DNA of 64,000 nt from Promethearchaeota archaeon (GTDB taxonomy: Archaea > Asgardarchaeota > Lokiarchaeia > Sigyniarchaeales > SOKP01), in assembly GCA_048941285.1 (NCBI GenBank), contig JBHLNS010000003.1:3914-67913 (forward strand). Direction: 5' to 3'. The number at the start of each line of letters is the position of its first letter. The stretch's first letter is position 1. A program made the position numbers and the translations under genes. Below, piece by piece: positions 57,457 through 64,000 of the stretch. A model generated the notes under the pieces. It did not search any database and had not been told where the DNA came from. It saw only the letters and a list, made by a program, of their open reading frames with translations.

Positions 57457-58263
57457 GTGATAGAAGAAAAATTTTTGAGTGGAAAAGTAGCTTTAATAAC
57501 TGGAGCTGGTAGTGGTGGATTTGGTAGAGAAATGGCAATAGCTTTTGCAAGTAAAGGGGCAAATATAGTTATAAATGATATCAATGAGGAGGGTTTAGAA
57601 CAAACTCATGATATCCTTCAAAAAGAATATGATGTTGAAATTCTTATAGCAAAAGCAGATATTTCAGATTCGGGGCAAGTACAAAAAATGGCTGAGATAG
57701 TTTTTGAGACGTTTGATAACATTTTCTTATTGGTTAACAATGCAGGAATAGATGGTGGATTATACCCCTCTTTAAAAGCAAAAGAAATGATCTATGATAA
57801 AGTTATGGCTGTTAATTTAAAGGGTGCCTGGAATGTAACTAAAGCCTTCTATAGACAAATGAGACGACAAAAAAATTTCATCCCAATAGCTGGAAAGATC
57901 ATTAATATCGCTTCATGTGCAGGAACAGCCAATGGTACCAATCCTTATTTAGGCGTTTATAGCGCAAGCAAAGCTGGATTATTGGCTTTTACTAGATTAT
58001 GGGCTCTTGAATTAGGTTCAAATAATATTACAGTAAATGCAATTTCACCAGGTGTATTTTTAACTCCAATTTATAACAATGATCCGAAACTTATCAGAGA
58101 TTTTTTAAAAACTAGAGGTGTTAAAATACCTATAGACAAAATCGGCGAAGCTAAATGGGTTGCAGATGTTGCCTTGTTTTTAGCATCACCAGCTGCAGAT
58201 TATCTCACTGGCCAGAATATAATTATTGATGGTGGGATGACTCTAAGTGTAAACAAATTATAA
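57457..58263 (+). CDS. short-chain dehydrogenase/reductase (FabG-like)
   Basis: GTG start. TGAGSGGFG, NNAG and YSASK motifs. Confidence 0.9.
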   Translation: MIEEKFLSGKVALITGAGSGGFGREMAIAFASKGANIVINDINEEGLEQTHDILQKEYDVEILIAKADISDSGQVQKMAEIVFETFDNIFLLVNNAGIDGGLYPSLKAKEMIYDKVMAVNLKGAWNVTKAFYRQMRRQKNFIPIAGKIINIASCAGTANGTNPYLGVYSASKAGLLAFTRLWALELGSNNITVNAISPGVFLTPIYNNDPKLIRDFLKTRGVKIPIDKIGEAKWVADVALFLASPAADYLTGQNIIIDGGMTLSVNKL

Positions 58264-58304
58264 GTTCTTTAATTTTTTAAAGTGAAGGAAAAGTAAATAA
58301 AAAT

Positions 58305-58889
58305 TTATTTACCTCGACCTTTATTAGCTCTAATACTTGGTCTTGTTTTTTCTGAACCCCAACCCTTCTTATGTAATCCCCGAGCTCTTTTTCCCGCAGA
58401 TGTAAGACCACGAGTTACTCTTTTTGCATGTTGTGGTTCAGATATCCAATTAATTTGGGGATCTGACTTAATAACAGGATGATTTGGATCTACTAAAATT
58501 GTCTCGTAATACCAATGTTTACCATCGGAATATACTTTGTAGCTATTAAGGACCTGCATGTTTGGATACTTTCTTTGAACACGTTCTTCAGCAATCCATT
58601 GAAGATTTTTACCAGTTGTGTACTTAGAAACACCCATTGCTCTTGGTTTTCTTCCACGTTTTGGCCGAATTTTATGCATTCCCCCTTTTCTTATTCTAGC
58701 TCTAACGATTATAAATCCTTGTTTTGCCTTATAACCTAAAGTTCTTGCCCGATGTATGTTCGTTGGTTTTTCAATTCTTTGAATTGATTCACCCTTTCTA
58801 TATTCAATTCCACGATACCAATGAGGTGTTTTATAACCTTTTTCATGCTTCTCAAAAGTCTCCTTTACATAACTATATCCAGACTTCAA
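58305..58889 (-). CDS. rpl15e: 50S ribosomal protein eL15
   Basis: ..RIEKPTNIHRARTLGYKAKQGFIIVRARIRKGG...RPKRGRKP.. Confidence 0.95.
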   Translation of the reverse strand: MKSGYSYVKETFEKHEKGYKTPHWYRGIEYRKGESIQRIEKPTNIHRARTLGYKAKQGFIIVRARIRKGGMHKIRPKRGRKPRAMGVSKYTTGKNLQWIAEERVQRKYPNMQVLNSYKVYSDGKHWYYETILVDPNHPVIKSDPQINWISEPQHAKRVTRGLTSAGKRARGLHKKGWGSEKTRPSIRANKGRGK

Positions 58890-59063
58890 TTTCTCACTGC
58901 ACTCTTTTAGATTGTTATATCTTCAAAAATTTACAGAAATTAATTAATTTTATTATTTTCTATTATAGTAAAAATTTTTGGATATTCTCTAATTATATTA
59001 ATTAGTAATTTTTTAATCATCATTCGCTTAAAAAATCAAAAATATATTAGAGATTTTATCACT

Positions 59064-59525
59064 ATGAAAAAGAAAAATAAAAAAGTTGAAATCGATGAAT
59101 CAAATGGTTTAAAAATATCTTACGATAGAGATGATCTTAACAACAAATTTCCTCATTTGACTGAAGAAATTTCACAAAGAAAAAAATCAATAAAAATTGA
59201 GGCTATAGATATGAATGTAGAGCAAATAAGTCACCAAAAACCTCAAGATTCTAATGATTTATGTCCTAATGAATTATATAATCCTGGTGTGATTGACTTT
59301 TTAAGGCGATGTACAAAAATTGAAGAAGCAATTGATATTTTAGATTACTTAATGAAAAGAAATGAGATTAATCATGTAGACTATACTAAATATAAAAATA
59401 TAATTTCGCATGAAGGAGGGTTAAAGCAACTTATTGATCAATATGGTGGTTTAAAAAAACCGGGATATTATATGAGAAAGTATTATAAAAAGGAGACTAA
59501 AAATCAAGAATTAAATAGTAAATAG
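59064..59525 (+). CDS. hypothetical protein (153 aa, possibly DUF2095-like)
   Basis: ..IDFLRRCTKIEEAIDILDYLMKRNEI.....GGLKKPGYYMRKY. Only a weak recollection of an archaeal DUF. Confidence 0.4.
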   Translation: MKKKNKKVEIDESNGLKISYDRDDLNNKFPHLTEEISQRKKSIKIEAIDMNVEQISHQKPQDSNDLCPNELYNPGVIDFLRRCTKIEEAIDILDYLMKRNEINHVDYTKYKNIISHEGGLKQLIDQYGGLKKPGYYMRKYYKKETKNQELNSK

Positions 59526-59539
59526 AATTAATATCAATT

Positions 59540-59612
59540 GACAGATGATGAACTTATGACAAAGTTAGCTACTTGCTCGGTAGCGATGACAATGTCGCCC
59601 CAAACTGATGTC
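59540..59612 (+). ncRNA. candidate C/D-box sRNA
   Basis: C box ATGATGA (59545-59551), C'-like GCGATGA (59583-59589) and D box CTGA (59605-59608). Flanks GACA/TGTC can pair. Internal hairpin GCTAC-ttgctcg-GTAGC. Locally GC-rich intergenic island. The D' box is degenerate. Confidence 0.3.
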
Positions 59613-59880
59613 ATAACATATTAATTCCAAAATCTGCTTCTAGTCTTTTCCAAAACCGAATTCCTTTCTCCGTTAAAAAATATTCATCATTATTTTGATT
59701 AATAAGCCCTAAATCACGCAAAACGGGTATTCTCCCATTTATACAAGAAATTGGCAAACCAGAGAATAATTTTATTGTTTCAAAATTTTTTGCCCCATTA
59801 TTAATAGCAACTAGTATTTCAATTCCCATGTAACCTAAAAGATTTTTTAAATCTTCATGAGTTTCTTCATTTTTTGGCAT
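59611..59880 (-). CDS. small winged-helix protein (89 aa)
   Basis: ..FETIKLFSGLPISCINGRIPVLRDLGLINQNNDEYFLTEKG.. (helix-turn-helix plus wing). Downstream of the 403-aa gene. Confidence 0.5.
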   Translation of the reverse strand: MPKNEETHEDLKNLLGYMGIEILVAINNGAKNFETIKLFSGLPISCINGRIPVLRDLGLINQNNDEYFLTEKGIRFWKRLEADFGINML

Positions 59881-59912
59881 TATTATCCGTTCTTATAAGA
59901 TTATTTTCTGAA

Positions 59913-61124
59913 TTACTTTTTTTTAGAATTTTTCCCTTTTTTGTTTTTTGTAGATTTACTATTTTCATTTCTATCTGTTTTATATTTATCTGCTATCACA
60001 GATTCAGTTTCTTTTGGCAGTAATTTTCTCATCCATTCAGGAAATGCTGTTGTTATCTGCAAATTGGTCTTTAAAACTATATAAGTTTCACTGTTATAAT
60101 TTAATTCTTCAATTACATCAAAATTCTTTAAAAATTCGATATTTTCCATTAATGATTCTAAAGACTTTTTAGACACTAATTTTGGTAATTTATCTTTTGA
60201 TATTAATCCATTTCTTAATTCTGATAGAACATTATACTTTTTTGGATCTGCCATAATTTGATACAAAGTGAAAGCATCTTCTTTTATTTCTTCCCGAGTT
60301 TTCTTTTCATACTCACTAAAATATTCTTGAACTTTAGGGAGGAGTAATTCAATCAATTCGGGTTTATCATCGATATATTCAATAATACTATCTGGTGGTA
60401 TTCTTTCAGCATTTACTTCTTTTACTAAAAGTACATACTTCTCTACTAAACCAATTTGATTAATAAAAATAAATTGCCGTTCATCTAAAATTTCAATAAT
60501 TTCATTAAAATCTTTTTCAGGATAATTTTCTATAAACCATTCTCTAAGCCCTTCTAATAAGATAGGACCTTCTGATAACTTCTCTAATGTCATAAATATA
60601 TGCTTGTCATTTAATAAGATAGCAATTTCTTCTTCTTCGGTTTTTTCCCTTGTATCTTCTAAAATGACCCAATATAGATTTTCTACCCAGGCTTTTATCA
60701 AAACCTCATTTTTTATTATTTTTTCCTGATCTTCTTCATCAAAATTATTTATATCATTTATATAAAATGCAGTATAAATTTCTTCATTTGATTGTAACTG
60801 CTCTGAAAACTCTGTATACAGAATCGAGATTTTTTCCTCGTCTTCTGTTGTGATTTGCTGATCGAGAATTATTGAAACCATCAACATTTCTTTATTTCCT
60901 CTTGCCCAATCTGAATGAATCTCAAAATAATAATTCAATGATTTTAGGTTTTCGAAAGAATGTGTAAAAAAACCTTCATTAAATTGCTGATCCATAATAT
61001 TAGCAATTTTTAGTGCTAATTCCCTTTCTAACATGTCTCGCGGATAAGAATAAAAGACTAATGGGCCAATTTTACGATGGAAATACGATAAAGCGATGAT
61101 GGTTTTCAATAAATGAATCTCCAA
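59913..61124 (-). CDS. 403-aa protein: longin/roadblock-like alpha/beta N-terminus plus two or three winged-helix-like modules and a basic tail
   Basis: The N-terminus alternates IIALSYF / GPLVFYSYP / helix LALKIANIMDQ / FFTHSF / LNYYFEIHS / MLMVSIILD / helix. Later come ..LEGLREWF...IIEILDERQFIFINQIGLVEKYVLL.. and ..VLSELRNGLISKDKL...FDVIEELNYNSETYIVL... The fold assignment is a guess. Confidence 0.55.
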   Translation of the reverse strand: MEIHLLKTIIALSYFHRKIGPLVFYSYPRDMLERELALKIANIMDQQFNEGFFTHSFENLKSLNYYFEIHSDWARGNKEMLMVSIILDQQITTEDEEKISILYTEFSEQLQSNEEIYTAFYINDINNFDEEDQEKIIKNEVLIKAWVENLYWVILEDTREKTEEEEIAILLNDKHIFMTLEKLSEGPILLEGLREWFIENYPEKDFNEIIEILDERQFIFINQIGLVEKYVLLVKEVNAERIPPDSIIEYIDDKPELIELLLPKVQEYFSEYEKKTREEIKEDAFTLYQIMADPKKYNVLSELRNGLISKDKLPKLVSKKSLESLMENIEFLKNFDVIEELNYNSETYIVLKTNLQITTAFPEWMRKLLPKETESVIADKYKTDRNENSKSTKNKKGKNSKKK

Positions 61125-61316
61125 TAAGATTTAGTACTTAAATTGAAAGAACAGCTTTTTTTTCTTTACAACCTAGAATAAATTAATATTGAAGATTATA
61201 TATTATTAAAGATAAATAAATTTATCTTAACTTAACATCTAGTATCTTAGAATACTTAATATTAGCAACAAACATAAATATTTTTAATGAATTTTTGATA
61301 AAGTTAGAATCTGAAT

Positions 61317-62069
61317 ATGAGTCCTATAAAATTAATTGGGTTTGACCTAGATGATTGTCTTTTTGATTCAACCGGATTGTCTGAAAGAGCTAGAATTAAA
61401 GGTATTGATGCGATGATTAATTTGGGGTTAAATATAGATAAAAAAAAAGCAATTCGGATATTGAAGGAAATTGTGAAAGAATATGGTTCAAATTCATCAA
61501 AACATTATAATTATTTCATTAGAAGACTGAACCAAATGGAGGATAATATAGAATATATCTCATACAATGATCGATATAAATTTATAGCAGCAGCAGTAAT
61601 GGCTTACCATGCTGAAAAGGTTAATTCAATCACTCTTTATAATGATGTAGAAGAAAGTTTAAATAAAATCCAGGAATTGTCAATAAAAACAGCGATTGTA
61701 ACTGATGGAATTCCCATAAAACAATATGAAAAGATTTTAAGGCTTAATATCGATAAATTAATTGATTTAGTTGTTATTTCAGATGAAATTGGTATTAAAA
61801 AACCAAATCCAGAACTTTTTAATTACTGCCTAAAAAAATTTGGTGTTAAAGGGCGAGAAACAATATATGTGGGAGATCGTATCGATAAAGATATAATTCC
61901 TGCTAATTTGAATGAGATATATAGTGTATACCTTCATCGTGGAGGCAAATATGACACTTATCATTCTGAAGATATTATTCAAAGAGATATAAAACCAAAT
62001 TATGAGATTACCAATTTAAATCAACTATTTCATATAATAGAAGAGATTAACAATAAAGAAAAAATCTAG
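61317..62069 (+). CDS. HAD-superfamily hydrolase (subfamily IA-like)
   Basis: Motif I GFDLDDCLFDS, ..VTDG.., ..KKPNPELF.., and motif IV VGDRIDKDI. Confidence 0.85.
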   Translation: MSPIKLIGFDLDDCLFDSTGLSERARIKGIDAMINLGLNIDKKKAIRILKEIVKEYGSNSSKHYNYFIRRLNQMEDNIEYISYNDRYKFIAAAVMAYHAEKVNSITLYNDVEESLNKIQELSIKTAIVTDGIPIKQYEKILRLNIDKLIDLVVISDEIGIKKPNPELFNYCLKKFGVKGRETIYVGDRIDKDIIPANLNEIYSVYLHRGGKYDTYHSEDIIQRDIKPNYEITNLNQLFHIIEEINNKEKI

Positions 62070-62080
62070 TAATATTTAAA

Positions 62081-62899
62081 ATGAGAGTCGCTTGTATTCA
62101 ACCAGAATTATTTAAAAATAGAACAAAATGTTATAATGAAATAGAACAAATTCTAAAAGAATTACTAGAATCTCAGAAATATTGTGATATTATATGTCTC
62201 CCCGAAAGATGGGTTCCTTATCTTAAAAACCCAACTCAGAATTTCCAAGAACAAAGAGGTACTGATTATTCTTTTGTAAAAAATTTAGCTAAAGAATATA
62301 ACATAAAATTTATATCTGGTGGAATTTGGGAAAAGAGAACTAGTTCAAAAAAACCTGCAATCACTTGTTATTTTTTTGATGAAAATGGTGAAGAAATTGG
62401 AAGACAGGATAAAATCCACTTATATGGTTATGAACGGGAGCAATTTGAGCCAAGTAAAGAATTACAACTGTTTAAGTTTAATGATTCCTACTCTTTTGCA
62501 ATTCTTATTTGTTTTGACATGGCTTTTTTTGAAACACCTAGATTAGCGGTTGAAAGCGGGGCGGATATTTTATTTTCACCCACTCAAATAAGAAATGATG
62601 GAATGGAAAATTGGAATGTATATTTAAAAGCACGTGCTCTTGAAAATCGAGTTCCTATTGTGGCTTGTAATACTTTTGGGCATTATTTAAGAAGAAAATT
62701 TCTAGGTAACAGTAAAATTATTTCTTTTTATAGAGGAAATATATCTCCATCTAAATTAAAAATAATGGAAGGACCAAAGAGCTCAAGTGGTTTTATTATT
62801 GATGAGATAGACTTAAATTTTCCAAGAAAATTACGAAAAATTCGGTTTAAAGAAAAAATCGATAAATCAAAAATAAAAGTTAACATAGCTAATAAATAA
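62081..62899 (+). CDS. carbon-nitrogen hydrolase (nitrilase superfamily)
   Basis: E-K-C triad contexts CLPERW, DKIHLY and AILICFDMAF. Confidence 0.85.
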   Translation: MRVACIQPELFKNRTKCYNEIEQILKELLESQKYCDIICLPERWVPYLKNPTQNFQEQRGTDYSFVKNLAKEYNIKFISGGIWEKRTSSKKPAITCYFFDENGEEIGRQDKIHLYGYEREQFEPSKELQLFKFNDSYSFAILICFDMAFFETPRLAVESGADILFSPTQIRNDGMENWNVYLKARALENRVPIVACNTFGHYLRRKFLGNSKIISFYRGNISPSKLKIMEGPKSSSGFIIDEIDLNFPRKLRKIRFKEKIDKSKIKVNIANK

Positions 62900-62927
62900 A
62901 TGAATTCAATATTTTCCTATAAATGAT

Positions 62928-63884
62928 ATGAACGAATCAAGAGATTATAAAAAAATACTATTTTGTGGTTTAGAAAATGGTGGAAAAACATCAATTTTAT
63001 TAATATTAGATAAAAAATTTAGTTTACTAACTACTGTTAAACCGACTATAAAAGCAAGAAGAACTATCCACACAAACTCATTATTAGGCACCACTATTGT
63101 CCGGTGGGATTTAGGTGGTCAAAAAGTTTATAGAAAAATATATTTAGGGGATAAGAGTAGGTATTTCACAGAAATGCAATCAATTTTTTACGTTATTGAT
63201 ATCCAAGCACCTAAAAAATTTGAAGAAGCTATAAATTTTCTTAAAGATATAGTAAACATCACCTCAGATTCGCGCCCCGATAATTTTCAACTTTTAATTT
63301 TACTTCATAAATATGATCCAGACATTAAAAACAATAGTAATATTATAACTAACGTAAAATTTTTAGAAAATGAGATTTCATCAATTATTAAAAACATTAA
63401 ATATTCTATATTGAAAACCTCGATATATGATGAACCAAGTCTGTTAAAGGCTTTTTCTGATGGTGTTTTTTATGCCACTCACAAATCTGAAATGTTCCAA
63501 ACTTTATTAAAAGATTACATGGGCAAAACTTATAATAGCTCTACGCTATTATTGGATCAGAATTGTTTTATTATTGCTAGTAGAAGTACAAATCAAGCTT
63601 ATCAAGAAATATGTGAGTCTATAGCGCCAAGGTTAACTCAAGCATTAGAAAAACTAGAAGAATGGGATATAAATACAATAGATATTGTAACAAACATAGA
63701 ATTTCCAGAAAAACATTCAGAATTTCAAAAAGAAGGCATTATTTTTCTTAGAAAATTAGATATTGGAGAAACTCGACTATACTTGGTCGCACTTTGCTTA
63801 AATAAGAAGGTCAAAATTAAATCCTATGAATATTTGCCATTATTAGCAGAAAATTTAAAAAATCTTTTAGAGAGTTTTGGTTAA
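62928..63884 (+). CDS. Rag/Gtr-family small GTPase with a C-terminal roadblock-like domain
   Basis: G1 GLENGGKTS, G3 WDLGGQ, G4 LLHKYD (the HKxD variant typical of Rag/Gtr). The segment LKTSIYDEPSLLKAFSDGV parallels the RagA TSIWDETLYKAWS region. About 140 aa of C-terminal alpha/beta sequence follow. Confidence 0.75.
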   Translation: MNESRDYKKILFCGLENGGKTSILLILDKKFSLLTTVKPTIKARRTIHTNSLLGTTIVRWDLGGQKVYRKIYLGDKSRYFTEMQSIFYVIDIQAPKKFEEAINFLKDIVNITSDSRPDNFQLLILLHKYDPDIKNNSNIITNVKFLENEISSIIKNIKYSILKTSIYDEPSLLKAFSDGVFYATHKSEMFQTLLKDYMGKTYNSSTLLLDQNCFIIASRSTNQAYQEICESIAPRLTQALEKLEEWDINTIDIVTNIEFPEKHSEFQKEGIIFLRKLDIGETRLYLVALCLNKKVKIKSYEYLPLLAENLKNLLESFG

Positions 63885-64000
63885 TTTTAGATTTTAATTT
63901 TAAGTTAAGTTTTTAAAATCTGATTTTCATCTTAGAGCAACTAATTATGTCAGATTTATTGTAACTTCTTAAAATTATGAAAAACATCAATTTTGAAACA

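Noticed and set aside
58724-59005. A 93-aa ORF overlapping the 5' end of rpl15e and its upstream region.
   Set aside because: It overlaps a securely identified gene on the opposite strand and runs into promoter DNA. It has no motif.
62319-62546. A 75-aa same-strand ORF in an alternative frame inside the nitrilase gene.
   Set aside because: The nitrilase frame carries the E-K-C catalytic contexts across this interval. The alternative frame has no features.
1-64000. CRISPR arrays, rRNA genes, IS elements or transposases, and signs of a non-standard genetic code.
   Set aside because: No regularly spaced repeats, rRNA-like GC-rich blocks or transposase motifs were seen. All recognisable conserved proteins translate without internal stops under the standard code.

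Overview
This is a strongly AT-rich archaeal chromosomal segment; the AT bias was judged by eye, not computed. Archaeal markers are TFB (two copies), Orc1/Cdc6, eS17, eL15, a uL3-uL4-uL23 block, class I LysRS, ABCE1, archaeosine TGT, Trm5, RNase P proteins Rpp30 and Pop5, NFACT/Rqc2 and Fap7/AK6. Three tRNA genes are present, one with a non-canonical intron. The window also encodes eukaryote-signature-like proteins: a Rag/Gtr-type GTPase with a C-terminal roadblock-like half, a stand-alone Roadblock/LC7 protein, a V4R (TRAPP/Bet3-like) protein and a possible longin-like plus winged-helix protein. From these I infer an Asgard (Loki-like) origin. The least explained stretch is about 30.8-44.5 kb, starting at a tRNA-Arg gene. 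It holds two tiny zinc-ribbon ORFs, an MFS-like transporter, a B12-type radical SAM enzyme, a 1204-aa orphan ORF, a RecB/Cas4-like PD-(D/E)XK nuclease, and a translationally coupled pair of orphan giants (768 and 796 aa). That pair is transcribed divergently from the Roadblock gene, and I recognise no catalytic motif in any of the three giants. Other points of interest follow. (1) Type IV/Tad-like pilus parts are scattered: a zinc-finger-extended ATPase with its platform protein, a prepilin peptidase frameshifted in a T13 tract, and an Flp-type pilin. (2) Two conserved genes (Pop5 and Roadblock) have no AUG/GUG/UUG start but do have good Shine-Dalgarno (SD) motifs in front of AUC/AUU. (3) There is a candidate C/D-box sRNA. 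(4) The ribosomal protein operon is truncated after uL23. (5) A visibly GC-richer DUF39-ferredoxin/VOC/TPP/SDR cluster is present. I saw no CRISPR array, rRNA gene, transposase or integrase. All family assignments rest on motif recognition by eye and were not confirmed by searches.
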